Origin: a virus
Reading direction: 5' to 3' (one strand)
Virus record (IMG/VR): IMGVR_UViG_3300045988_122854
Length of the DNA stretch: 64,000 bases
Each line of letters begins with the position of its first letter. Within the stretch, counting starts at the first letter, position 1. The position numbers were made by a program, and so were the translations under genes. Shown piece by piece: positions 32,009-41,954 of the stretch. The notes below the pieces were generated by a model. That model did not search any database and was not told the origin of the DNA. It saw only the letters and a program-made list of their open reading frames with translations.

Positions 32009-32209
32009 ATGGAAAATCAAAATACAAAGAAGAATATGATAGTATATTCTCTTAAAGTAATGGAAAAATTAGTGGAAAGAGGACATTTCCCTTTGTAGAT
32101 GATGCCGAACCCGAAGTTCCCGCAATATAATTGTTGGATATTCTCCGTCGACGAGAGCTTTTTAGCTGACTTTGAGGAGGTTTAGGGGGAGGGGAAACCG
32201 CGTGAATAA
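32009..32209 (+). CDS. Small hypothetical protein (66 aa, 2 TAG)
   Basis: AAGGAAGG RBS 10 nt upstream of ATG 32009; TAA at 32207-09. Confidence 0.4.
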
Positions 32210-32771
32210 TCATTTTACGTTTTGGGAAAATATGAAAGATAGTATAGATTTATATGATGATAACCCTGTTCTTAAATGTGAATTATATGATACTTTAATT
32301 GAGTTTGGTTTATATGGAACTATGCCCGAAGAGGGTGAATCAAATTATCGAGATAAAATGGTATTAATTTAGAGTTTAGCACCTTCTATTGAGAATTCCC
32401 GCAATTATATTAAAAATGCTTCTGAGAGTGGTAAAGCTGGTGGGAAGAAAACTAAATATGATGGTGATGATATAGTTAGAGCTGTTAAAGAAGCAACTAA
32501 AAGAAAAAATAGAGTTCCAACTCGTCAAGAAGTAGTTGATGTTTTTGCTGAGTTGACTGGATAGACTATGAATGTTAGAACTTTTTCTCGTAGATGTAAA
32601 GATGAAGAGAAATATAGAATCAGTCAAGAAGTTCTTAGAGGGACATCAGGGACATTGGGGACAAAAGAAATGTCCCTAGGGACACGAGAGACATTAGGGA
32701 CGTCAGAGACGTCAAGGGACATTGGGGACATTTTGAGGGACACGAGAGACACAAACACTTGGGAATTTTAA
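32202..32771 (+). CDS. HTH-containing protein (about 189 aa, 2 TAG). Its 3' third encodes GT(S/R)ETLGT repeats from a GGGACAT heptamer array; possible replication-initiator or partition-type DNA-binding protein
   Basis: GTG 32202 preceded by GGGGGAGGGG. Helix-turn-helix-like VPTRQEVVDVFAELTGQTMNVRTF. Same frame through TAG at 32373 and 32562 to TAA at 32769. Confidence 0.45.
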
Positions 32772-32930
32772 TTAATTTTAAATGAGAGGGACACGAGAGA
32801 CATGAGGGACATGAGAGACAAAAGCTTTAGTAAGTAGAGATTATGTCCCTATGTCCCTCATGTCCCTAACGGGACAAGAGAGACATGAGAGACATAATGT
32901 AATAAGTTATGTCCCTGACGTCCTTCGGAC
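32640..32930. repeat. Array of about 20 copies of the heptamer GGGACAT / ATGTCCC (variants GAGACAT, GGGACAC, GGGACGT) in both orientations; candidate origin, iteron or centromere-like site
   Basis: Direct reading: gggacatcagggacattggggac...atgtccctagggacacgagagacattagggacgtcagagacgtcaagggacattggggacat, followed after the stop by the inverted orientation (atgtccctatgtccctcatgtcccta). Confidence 0.6.
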
Positions 32931-32975
32931 GCAGGAACAATATGGAGATTTTTTTGAGAGTAAAAGGAGTAAAAT

Positions 32976-33272
32976 ATGAGTTATAGTTATACAGATATAA
33001 GAGGCGGAAAAGGGAACCCGTCTATTGTTAAATTTAGAAGAGGAACACAAGAATAGTTTGATAAGTTAGATAAGACAGGTATGATAAAACCTGATTTATA
33101 TATGAAAGATGATACTCTTTATTTAGTTATTCCAGATGATATGAAACCAATAAAGGTAAAGTATGACGATAGAAAAGTAGAATGGGATAAATCAGGTGTA
33201 GGAACTTTAATTAAAAATAATGATAAACCTGAATCAATAGAAGAGAATCCATTCCTACAAGATTATATTTAA
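32976..33272 (+). CDS. Hypothetical protein (98 aa, 1 TAG)
   Basis: AAAAGGAG RBS; ATG 32976; same frame as ORF 33081..33272. Confidence 0.45.
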
Positions 33273-33497
33273 CTCGGATACTACGTATCCTCGTTGATAG
33301 GGGTATTATTGACTTCGGGCATAAATGCCCTCGTTTATAGGGGTATTATTTGATTTATAATAAATAATATATTATAATATAAATAATAAAAGAAAGAAAT
33401 AGAATTTTGAAGTGGAATACCGGGGTAGATTATTTCTACATAGAGTAGGGGTATTTACTCCGGGAAGCATTTTAAATAATGAAATGAAAGTAAGGAT

Positions 33498-33905
33498 TTG
33501 AAAACTGAAATGAAATTTACGATTGAAGAATTAAAGAAGAATAATGGAGAAAAGGTAGGCGTCTTCCGCAATTGGAATGTAATTGCTACTACTAAGAAAG
33601 AGTTTTTTAATAGGGAGAATACGCAAGGCGCATATCTTATCTGGGACGATTGTAATAAGTTGGTTTTTAATGGTAAGGTTGTTGGTCGAATTACCGAGAA
33701 TGGTAAGGTTGAATATATCGAGAGTGAATATAGATATGTGAAGCCTGTATTAGAGGAGAAACCGCAGGTTATGAATTCTGTTGCTCCTGGATCTGATGAT
33801 GTGGATCTTAGTAAGAGAACGCTTGCCGATGACATTCTTGATAGTGCGTTTAAAACAAAGTTGGAGGAGTTGCTTGTAGATTCGAACACTACGTGTTCTC
33901 ATTGA
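33498..33905 (+). CDS. Hypothetical protein (135 aa)
   Basis: Intact ORF. Confidence 0.45.
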   Translation: MKTEMKFTIEELKKNNGEKVGVFRNWNVIATTKKEFFNRENTQGAYLIWDDCNKLVFNGKVVGRITENGKVEYIESEYRYVKPVLEEKPQVMNSVAPGSDDVDLSKRTLADDILDSAFKTKLEELLVDSNTTCSH

Positions 33906-33916
33906 GGAGGGTATTA

Positions 33917-33991
33917 TGACTAGTGTTATTTGTTTTTTAATTGGTGTAGCTGTTGGATATTGTATATGGAACGCTGGAAGAGATCGATAAT
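33917..33991 (+). CDS. 24-aa hydrophobic peptide (MTSVICFLIGVAVGYCIWNAGRDR)
   Basis: Strong GAGGAGGG RBS 5 nt upstream of ATG; single predicted transmembrane helix. Confidence 0.35.
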
Positions 33992-34172
33992 AGATCTATA
34001 TTGGTTGATTCGCTTCTGGATAACAATTAAGCTGATGGGTTCGGAATCGGAAGACGTGGAATAAAATTAATATAATTAATTAAGATTGTTGAAAATCGTG
34101 GTTGTGCCCTGCCGATCGGTTTAACCAATCACCAACCACATTTCCTCGTCTCCGTCTCCGATCTCCGAACAT

Positions 34173-34212
34173 AAAAAAAAAGAGAGACTTTTTTCAGTCT
34201 CTCTTTTTTTTT
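34173..34212. terminator. Bidirectional rho-independent terminator aaaaaaaaagagagac-ttttttca-gtctctcttttttttt
   Basis: 8-bp GC-containing stem flanked by A9 and T9 runs; lies between convergent gene blocks. Confidence 0.7.
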
Positions 34213-34276
34213 ATTAAGCAATTCTTGGTGAAATTGTCAATTCTTAGGATGAAAAATATCTCACCCGACACATTGT

Positions 34277-34654
34277 TCACTTATTGATGAAAGTATTCAA
34301 AAAATCGGCAATTACATCATCATCGGTTTTCTTGACCTTCTTAACCTTTACCGGCTCACTCTTGGGGAAAAGCACGTCAAGAAGATCGTTAACCCCGGTC
34401 ATAAGACCGTAAACCTCAGCAAAGATATTCTCCACATCAGATGCGGTCAATGCGGAATCCTTGTAGCCATTAAGAGCAGCATACTCGTTAATCCGATCGG
34501 CGATTTCCTGCGCGAGCGCAGTCTTCCGATCGGCCTGCTTGGATTCCTTCTCCACCTGCTTAACCGCAGCATTCAGAGACTTAGCCATCTCGTCCGCAAT
34601 AGTCTGAGCGTCCTCACCATTCTTCAAACGAGCAATAATATCATTCATATCCAT
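34277..34654 (-). CDS. Hypothetical protein (125 aa)
   Basis: ORF behind a promoter-motif copy at 34660-34725. Confidence 0.45.
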   Translation of the reverse strand: MDMNDIIARLKNGEDAQTIADEMAKSLNAAVKQVEKESKQADRKTALAQEIADRINEYAALNGYKDSALTASDVENIFAEVYGLMTGVNDLLDVLFPKSEPVKVKKVKKTDDDVIADFLNTFINK

Positions 34655-35170
34655 ATGAATACCTCTTTTCTTATTTTCTATATATATTATATACTATTTT
34701 TTTAAAAATGTCAAGATTTTTTTGGATGAAAACATACGTGTGAAACAATGTAAGGACGAAGCAATTTTTAATTAATTATAAAGGCATATGATCCTACGCG
34801 GGCTTAAAAAAGTCTTTTTTTACTATTATAACATATTTTTTATAAAAAGTCAATTTTCGGGATTTTTTTGGGCCATATGAGAGGGTGCTAGAAGTATGAA
34901 AAATTTTGCATATGGGTATACCGATCGGAAACTCGGCCCGCGACGTTCCACCGCGGGCCGGCCAAATAGACTGAGTATTCCGGGATTTTAGTCTGAGTCT
35001 ATTTTAAACACTTTTTTCGCGCGAAATTTGCTAAACCTATAATTATTCCGAAATTCCGCCCGGAGCGTCAGTGATCGGGCGGTCCATTATACCACATTTT
35101 CCGATCGGTGTCAATAGGCAAAACGCACAAAAAAATCAGCAGGTTTTTAGTCAACCTGCTGATTGAATAT

Positions 35171-35587
35171 TTATGCAAGAAATGCGTTTACAATTTCATC
35201 GAAAACCGTGGGGTTAATGTCCACGTTAAAAAAGCGGTCGTTCTTGCGGAACGCTTTGGGGTATCGTCTAATCAGTTCCGCACGCAATGCGCTTTCCGCG
35301 CCCTCGGCGGGATAATCGCCACAAGAACGGATTCGATGAACTTCCACGCGCGTGATAGAATACTTTTTCGCGTATTCGCCGATTTCATCACGCAAGCGCC
35401 CTACAACGTCTTTTGCGGAAGTGCCTACCTTGTTAAATTCAAGTTCATTGTTGTTGTAAAACTTGAAAAAGTAGACCGCTTGAACGTCTTTCAGATTCTC
35501 GCCACAATTAGGCATAAACTCCATTGAAACAGGCGGTCTACCGTCCTTAAATCGGCGTAGCTTAATAGTAATTTCTTCCATTGACAC
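35171..35587 (-). CDS. Hypothetical protein, possible T5orf172 / GIY-YIG-like domain
   Basis: VYFFKFYNNNELEFNKVGTS...VVGRLRDE pattern; weak. Confidence 0.35.
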   Translation of the reverse strand: MSMEEITIKLRRFKDGRPPVSMEFMPNCGENLKDVQAVYFFKFYNNNELEFNKVGTSAKDVVGRLRDEIGEYAKKYSITRVEVHRIRSCGDYPAEGAESALRAELIRRYPKAFRKNDRFFNVDINPTVFDEIVNAFLA

Positions 35588-36211
35588 AAAATCCTCCCTA
35601 TTGATTGAGGTTTACCATCGTTCTCTCAACCATTATTTTTTGCACTTTTTGACTTGTTTTTGGGTGAAAAACCGCATTTTTCAGCGGTTTTTCACCCTTT
35701 TTCATCAGTTTTTGGGCTTTCGCTTCTGAATCAGGGTCAATTCGTAGTCATTTTCGCCCACATGGAACGCAATCATGCGCTCCACATTCGTAATTTCTAC
35801 GTTTTCGCACGCATTTTCGCTGTTTTCTCGCAAAAAAGTTGCAAGTTCAGCGATAATCGAGCGTTTTGTGGGGTTTTCCTTGCGCTGTCGCTTCTCAAAT
35901 TTATAAGCGGTCGGCGCTTTGCGTGTTCCGGTTTTAGAATACTTGTTAGCTTCTTTGAGCTTTTCCGCAGACAGGTCAAAGTCTTTGGCGATTCCATGGT
36001 CAATGTCATCATCGTCCATGAGAATTTCTTTTGCTTCCTCGGCAGTACAATCTAACTTTTTCATCAGATTGTCAATCTTTGCCTGAAAGTCCTTTTCACT
36101 CATTTTAGGCATTTTCTTTGCCCCCTTTCAAGTATGATTATAACACCGCCGTTAGCAAATGTCAAGAGAAATTTTTGGGAGCGCCTGATTTTTTTCAGGC
36201 GCTCCCCTGAA

Positions 36212-36589
36212 TCAGTGGGCGAGACGGAAGTAGGACTTGCGCTTGTCCACAATCTTCTCGACGCCGTTCGCTTCAATCATCTGACGCAGAAGAGCGGAAA
36301 CGCGCTGATTGGTGAGGTCGCCCAGACCGTCCACATTCTTGATGAGTTCGGTCACAGTGTAGAGCTTGTCAGGATTCGCGGACAGCTCGGCAAAGATAAT
36401 GTCCTTGTAGCCGTCGTTCGCAATCTGATTCGCGGTCGGCTTCTTATCACCGGCGTTCTTGCGAGCCAACAGGTCAATCTCGTGATTGATAAACTCAACC
36501 ATGGCGGGGTCAGCCTGAACCTCGCTCATTTTGAGCAGAGCCTCGAAACGGTCGCGCTTGGTGAGCTTCTTAACAGTAGAAGTAGACAT
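36212..36589 (-). CDS. Paralog-family protein (125 aa), copy 2
   Basis: About 70% identical to 38831..39211 over its full length. Confidence 0.55.
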   Translation of the reverse strand: MSTSTVKKLTKRDRFEALLKMSEVQADPAMVEFINHEIDLLARKNAGDKKPTANQIANDGYKDIIFAELSANPDKLYTVTELIKNVDGLGDLTNQRVSALLRQMIEANGVEKIVDKRKSYFRLAH

Positions 36590-36599
36590 AGTATCAATT

Positions 36600-37160
36600 C
36601 CTTTCTTTGCGGTAGGTCGCTACCCTTTTGATATATTGAGTATACTACATTTTAGAGTGCTTGTCAAGAGGTTTCGCAAACTTTTTACACGAATTACTAC
36701 CCCGACCTGACGGATAATTTATTGTTTGTTGGTTCAATCTATCTGTCAGCGAAAATCGCTTCGAGTATAGTTGGCTCAATCAAACTCACTTTCGCGTTCA
36801 ACGTTTGGCTTTACAACGTGGTGTATTATGTTTACTTCCTGTACTTTCTCAAGGTCGCGCGCCCTCGGATTTCTTGGGCTACTCCCTCTTGACATTTTCT
36901 ATTGTAGCACACTCGCTGGGATTTGTCAAGAGGTTTTCAAGAAAAAACTCATGAATTTTTTCTTTTATCCCGTGCGTTCCGCTCCGAAGAGACCTTAACG
37001 TAATAGGTGAACGGTCTATTGCTACTTCCAACCGTAGCCCCACACCGACCTGTGGCTCAGGGGTTTCCCTCTTGACATTATTCATTATAGCAGATTCCAC
37101 ATAGATTACAATTGACAAAATAACCAAATTACGGGAAAAAATTTTCTTCACTTTTGTGCA
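36600..37160 (-). promoter_or_regulatory. 560-bp non-coding leader with at least 3 tandem minus-strand promoters (TTGACA...TGcTATACT/TACAAT) and GC-rich structured segments
   Basis: No credible ORF (the 172-aa call 36879..37397 has implausible composition). Repeated ccctcttgacatt...tatagca blocks at 36880, 37060, 37170. Confidence 0.45.
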
Positions 37161-37313
37161 ACTTTTCTCTTGACAAAATTGGCGGGGTGTGGTATAATGG
37201 TGAATTCGGCCCGCTTTGGGCGTTAGCGGGCCGACCATTTTAACACAAAAATCCGCGTTTGTCAATAGGTAAAATAGACAAAAAAAACTGCCCATTTTTG
37301 GGCAGTTTTTCAT
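37070..37313. repeat. Face-to-face promoter / GC-hairpin module, copy A
   Basis: Plus TTGACA 37170-75 and TATAAT 37193-98. Hairpin cggcccgc...gcgggccg at 37207-33. Minus -10 (plus atttta 37237-42) and -35 (plus tgtcaa 37260-65), each with a 17-nt spacer. Terminator ctgccca-ttttt-gggcag at 37283-37311. Confidence 0.55.
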
Positions 37314-37314
37314 T

Positions 37315-37560
37315 TTAGTCCAGCAGGTTAATTTCTCCTGGAATTCTGAAAGAATCAGCGTCCAGTGTGGAATTGTAGTCCTCGGTAAAGAGTTCAATCA
37401 TTCCACATTCCATGACGTAATTCTGAACCGACCGCCGAACATTGTTCCAGAGGTCAGTCTTTCGGCTTTCCGCTCGGGCTTCCTTGGCTTCCTTTGCCTG
37501 AGCGATGAGTTCGTCCAGTTCTTCGTCAGTCATGTAATTAAAATCCAAATCCATTTTCAA
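37315..37560 (-). CDS. Small acidic hypothetical protein
   Basis: Intact ORF. Confidence 0.45.
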   Translation of the reverse strand: MKMDLDFNYMTDEELDELIAQAKEAKEARAESRKTDLWNNVRRSVQNYVMECGMIELFTEDYNSTLDADSFRIPGEINLLD

Positions 37561-37862
37561 AACTCCCCCTTAATGGCTTCTTTCCACGCGTCCCAGCCGA
37601 ACTTTCCCTCACTATCCAGCTTTTTGCCGATGCCTTTTGCGGTCAGTAGGTCAAGCTCGTCCGCGATTTCCTCTTCAAAGTTTACCCAAGAGTCGTAGGT
37701 CTGAATAATGACAATTTCGTCGGCTTCAAAGACGCCACCGCACTCGGCACAGATAACATAGTCATGGTCGATTAAAATGCCCATGTGAGGGTCATTGTCA
37801 TCAGGGACTACAAAAAGGACTTGTTTAGCGTTCATGTGAAACACCTCTTTCATTTGATACAT
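37557..37862 (-). CDS. Hypothetical protein (101 aa)
   Basis: ORF with 4-nt overlap to the next gene. Confidence 0.45.
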   Translation of the reverse strand: MYQMKEVFHMNAKQVLFVVPDDNDPHMGILIDHDYVICAECGGVFEADEIVIIQTYDSWVNFEEEIADELDLLTAKGIGKKLDSEGKFGWDAWKEAIKGEF

Positions 37863-37912
37863 TGATTATACCATAGGGAATAGGACTTGTCAAGCCCTAT
37901 TCCCTATTTTTT

Positions 37913-38689
37913 TTAGCCCATGTTTACAACGGGATTTTCCTTAATGTTTCGCATGAGCGCGCGCTGAAACTCGGTCGGCTTGGGGCGTTCCACCGTGGGA
38001 GTTTTGAAAAGGGACTTTTCCATAGTCTTGTGCTGTCGAACGCAATAGCGCAAAATCTCAACTTCAATGAGAACGTCTTCAAGTCCCGTATGCGATTCAT
38101 CAAAAGTGTCTTCGCCGCTGATAAAGCGATAGAGAATTTCTGCGGTAAAGCGGAGTTGTCCGTTCTTGGTCTTATAGCCGTTCTTTTCGCAATAGTCGCG
38201 ATAAGTAGGCATTTTGCCGATGACCTGTCGCGCCATTTTCAACGTGTCCCATATTTCAAGGTCGTAGGGGAAAAAATAGCGATACTTGCTTTTCGTGTCC
38301 CATCTTTGCGCGTTGTTGCAAGCGTTAAGGTCGAACCGCATATTGTGAGCGCACACAAAAGAACAGTTATAACGCTCGACGCAATCACAAAATGCCTTGC
38401 GGATTTCGTAAAGGTCAGCCATCACGCGCGAACCGTTCTTAATGTCCTCAACATAGCGGGGAATCTTGTCGGCGTAGTATGCGGACTGCATGAGGTCGCG
38501 CTCGTAGCAGAAAATATCTCGATTCACAAAGGAATAAGTTTCATAAACATTGCCCTTGGAATCAATAACCGCCCAGCCGAAGTCATAGGGAAGAACATTT
38601 GACATATCCAGCTTATCGCCGTCCTGAATGGTGTTCGCAGTTTCCGTGTCAAGCATAATACCGTAGTTTTTGCGCCTATCAATACCCAT
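37913..38689 (-). CDS. DEDDh 3'-5' exonuclease (DnaQ/epsilon-like)
   Basis: Exo I MLDTETA, Exo II VCAHNMRFDLNA, Exo III SHTGLEDVLI. Confidence 0.75.
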   Translation of the reverse strand: MGIDRRKNYGIMLDTETANTIQDGDKLDMSNVLPYDFGWAVIDSKGNVYETYSFVNRDIFCYERDLMQSAYYADKIPRYVEDIKNGSRVMADLYEIRKAFCDCVERYNCSFVCAHNMRFDLNACNNAQRWDTKSKYRYFFPYDLEIWDTLKMARQVIGKMPTYRDYCEKNGYKTKNGQLRFTAEILYRFISGEDTFDESHTGLEDVLIEVEILRYCVRQHKTMEKSLFKTPTVERPKPTEFQRALMRNIKENPVVNMG

Positions 38690-38830
38690 CTTATCGTCTC
38701 CTATTGGAAAAGTAGATTGAGGTTTACCATCGTTCTCTCAACCTCTGATAATAGTATAGCACTTTGCTATTGGTTTGTCAAGAGTTTTTTAATAGGGCAG
38801 GGGATTTTTTTATCCCCTGCCCTTTTCCCT

Positions 38831-39211
38831 TTACGCGAGGGAGAAGTAGGACTTGCGCTTGTCAACCGTCTTGACAACGGTGTTCGCGTCAATCATCTGA
38901 CGCAGAAGAGCGGAAACGCGCTGGTTAGAATACTCCGCAAGCTCGGGAACACCCTTGATGAGGTCGGTCACGGTATACAGCTTGTCAGGGTTGGCGGTCA
39001 TTTCGTCCAGAATGACCTGCTTCACAGCGTCATTCTCCATCTGCTTGGCCGTGGGCTTCTTATCACCCGCGTTCTTCTTGGCGAGCAGTTCAATCTCGTG
39101 CTCGATGAACGCCACCATGTCAGGATTCGCCTGAACCTCGCTCATTTTGAGCAGAGCCTCGAAACGGTCGCGCTTAGTGAGCTTCTTAGTCGTAGTAGTA
39201 GAAGTAGCCAT
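38831..39211 (-). CDS. Paralog-family protein (126 aa), copy 3
   Basis: See 36212..36589. Confidence 0.55.
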   Translation of the reverse strand: MATSTTTTKKLTKRDRFEALLKMSEVQANPDMVAFIEHEIELLAKKNAGDKKPTAKQMENDAVKQVILDEMTANPDKLYTVTDLIKGVPELAEYSNQRVSALLRQMIDANTVVKTVDKRKSYFSLA

Positions 39212-39229
39212 AGTATCAATTCCTTTCCG

Positions 39230-39620
39230 GTTTTTAAGACTGTCCTTGTCTTTGATGTAGTTATTATATCATAGGCGGAGCAGGCTGTCAATAGTTTTTG
39301 TAGATTTTTTTTAGGGGCGGTCGCGAGGTTTATTACTATACATCTTGTTTATACCTACCTTTATCTATAATCATAAACCAATTCATTTTACTAAACCAAA
39401 TCAATCTTTAAGGCGGTGGGCGAGCATCAGAAATCATCTTGTTTACCTCTTTTATTTGATGTATTCATTATACCCTACGTTGAGCGGTTTGTCAAGGGGT
39501 TTTTCAAACTTTTTTGAAAGTTTGTTCGGCACGCCACGCTTGGAACATTCCGTCGGATTTTGGTATAATGGCCAAGGGAACTGCCTTTCCGCAGGTCTTA
39601 CTCTTTCCTCCTGACATTAT
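39230..39620 (-). promoter_or_regulatory. 390-bp non-coding leader with tandem promoters, two mini-ORFs (10 and 9 aa) and a GC-rich structured segment
   Basis: Minus strand: TTGACA-N17-TATAAT at about 39250-39285; ext-10 TGCTATACT at about 39600; aggtaaacaagATG...taa (MISDARPPP) and aggtataaacaagATG...taa (MYSNKPRDRP). Confidence 0.4.
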
Positions 39621-39852
39621 GTAGTATAGCAGATTGGTATTGATTTGTCTATTGGCAAAATAACCAAATAACGGGAAAAAATAAAATTGAAATTTGTGCA
39701 AAATTTCTCTTGACAAAAATGCTGGCGGGGTGTATAATGGTAAATTCCGGCCGCGACATGCGTTGGCGGCCGGCCATTATATCACATTTAGATGGTTTTG
39801 TCAATAGTCAAATTAAACAAAAAAATCTCCCCAAAATTGGGGAGATTTTCAT
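39620..39852. repeat. Face-to-face promoter / GC-hairpin module, copy B
   Basis: Plus TTGACA 39710-15 and TATAAT 39733-38. Hairpin ccggccgc...gcggccgg at 39747-74. Minus TATAAT (plus attata) and TTGACA (plus tgtcaa 39799-804). Terminator at 39820-39850. Confidence 0.55.
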
Positions 39853-40128
39853 TTGAAATTAGTCAATGATACTAACTTCGGTCTTGACAGGCGTTACCAT
39901 CTTTTCGCGCGGGAACTCGCGAATCTGACCCGTTTCGAGGTTGACCGCATAGCAAAACTGCCAACCTCTTGATTTGAGGAACGGGGCTTTGTTGTTCCCA
40001 TCAATTTTAAGATACATACCCATTCCGCCCTCGCTTCTCAGTGTGGTGAACGTGCCACCGCACAGGATATTCATAATTTGGAGCTGACCCTTATCGCCAA
40101 AATTTACTTTCATTTTTTACTTCCCCTT

Positions 40129-40443
40129 TCAAAATTCTTCTAAGAAATGAATCGGTTTGTGATTTGGTCTGAAAAATGCCATTCCCTCATTGTAAAGAGA
40201 ATTAAACAAAAATTCGGGCACTTCAAACCATTCCGTACCACTAATGCGAATACCTAACTCATTTAAAGTCTGATGACAAGCATTTTCCATGTCTCGACTG
40301 CCCGCACAAGTGCTACGCATTATTGCTTTTGGATTGTGGCTATAATAGCTTTTGCGACGCTTTGAGAGGTTTTTAGTGCCATCGGAATAGCCAACTTTTA
40401 CTAAATGGCTATTGGCTAAATTATCCATCATCAAATACAGCAT
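40129..40443 (-). CDS. Hypothetical protein (104 aa)
   Basis: Intact ORF. Confidence 0.45.
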   Translation of the reverse strand: MLYLMMDNLANSHLVKVGYSDGTKNLSKRRKSYYSHNPKAIMRSTCAGSRDMENACHQTLNELGIRISGTEWFEVPEFLFNSLYNEGMAFFRPNHKPIHFLEEF

Positions 40444-40599
40444 TTTTACCTCACAGCAGATGGGTATTAACCCATTCTGCGGTCACAAGTCCAATTTCCT
40501 TAGAGACAACCGTTTCATAACGGTAATTACCACCGGCAGTTCGTCCGGTCACTTTGGCGAGAACGCCAAGGGTAAGCCAAAAATAAGGCATCATTTTTA

Positions 40600-40806
40600 T
40601 CACCCCTTTGAACCGACCGTAAAGAGCGAACGCAGAAGCAACAGAACAATCCAAATTGCGAGTGCCAGCTTCCACGAGAACACGATGACGAAAGTGCCGA
40701 TTGCGGTGATGCCGAGGGCGGGAAGAAGCCAGCAGAGAAGCCAGACAAAACCAGAGGTAAGCAGGAACGAAATTGCGAGAGACAACAGAATCAAAAGAAC
40801 AAACAT
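40600..40806 (-). CDS. 68-aa membrane peptide (two transmembrane helices); a 47-aa ORF (40451..40594) follows
   Basis: Hydrophobic sequence MFVLLILLSLAISFLLTSGFVWLLCWLLPALGITAIGTFVIVF... Confidence 0.35.
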   Translation of the reverse strand: MFVLLILLSLAISFLLTSGFVWLLCWLLPALGITAIGTFVIVFSWKLALAIWIVLLLLRSLFTVGSKG

Positions 40807-40861
40807 TTTATTTTCCCCTTTTCATTTGATGTATTTATTATACCATTGGAGTAGGGCTTTG

Positions 40862-41362
40862 TCAAGCCCTTTTCTCCAAAAGTTCCGAAAGTTTTTCGAT
40901 AATGTTTACTGCGGTCGGGTCGATGGTAGCGCCCAAGTGCCAACCATTCCGAACCTTTTCATTATCGTCAACCAAGATGGATACGTCGTAGCGGTCGCGC
41001 ACGCTGTCGGCCTTAGTCGCGCCATACTGGACGCCGTGGAAGTGGTCATAGTGGAAGCCCTGTTCTTCAAGCCACGCGCGCTTTGCTTCACGAACGGCGT
41101 TCTTGTATTCCTCGCTTGAATCCTTAGAGAGCCAAGTAATGATATTGATTTCCCAACCCTCGGCGCGGAGAAGTTCGCAAACTTCATTCAGTTCAGCCAT
41201 ATCACACATAGGAACGGCAGTTCGATAGGGCTTAGGATTTTCCGAACGGAGAAGCGCAAGCCAATCCTTGACGCCGTAGAGGTCAGCAATAGTGCCGTCC
41301 ATGTCAAAGTTAATGGAACGTCGAGTGGCTACAACGTGGGACTTGATGTAAATAATTTTCAT
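40862..41362 (-). CDS. HAD-superfamily 5'(3')-deoxyribonucleotidase-like protein
   Basis: Motif I FDMDGTIADL (DxDGT) and motif IV ILVDDN. Confidence 0.6.
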   Translation of the reverse strand: MKIIYIKSHVVATRRSINFDMDGTIADLYGVKDWLALLRSENPKPYRTAVPMCDMAELNEVCELLRAEGWEINIITWLSKDSSEEYKNAVREAKRAWLEEQGFHYDHFHGVQYGATKADSVRDRYDVSILVDDNEKVRNGWHLGATIDPTAVNIIEKLSELLEKRA

Positions 41363-41954
41363 AGATATTTACCCCTTTCCTTTACTGTATCTGTATTATA
41401 TCATACGTTTGCGCAGTTGTCAAGAGAAATTTTAGCAATTTTTCGCTTTATTTATCCATTCTTTCCATTGGTCTTCGGCAAACTTTTTATGCTCTTCCTG
41501 CCAAAGACCGCGTGCGATAACGTCTTTTACCGCGTCGTCAATGGAGAGATATTGGTCGAGAAGAACAAAGTCCTCGCAAAAGAACCGAGTTCGACCAAAG
41601 AATTTGCGGTTAGGGCGGATAACTTCATATACATAGATGAATAAAAAATCCCTATACGCTTCTTCACTGTACGCCTTGACCTCAAAGGTTCTTCCCTCAT
41701 ATTCATAAGTTTTCGGCTTACTCATAGTGCTTACCCCTTCCTTTACTATGCTTGTATTATACCACTATTGGATTTGCTTGTCAAGTGTTTTTTTCAAAAT
41801 TTTCGCGGTCTTTCTCAATACACGAAAGATAAGAAATTAAGCAAAATCAACACAGGAATAGCGTATACGATATTGAAAGAGTCCCACCCGAGACTTTCAC
41901 AGGAATAAGCAAAAATAAAGCCAAAAACGAGGCCAAAAATGCCGATTAAAATAA

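Noticed and set aside
36879-37397. 172-aa minus-strand ORF
   Set aside because: It spans the promoter / GC-hairpin module and the non-coding leader, and its translation reproduces conserved promoter sequence. It is not a gene.
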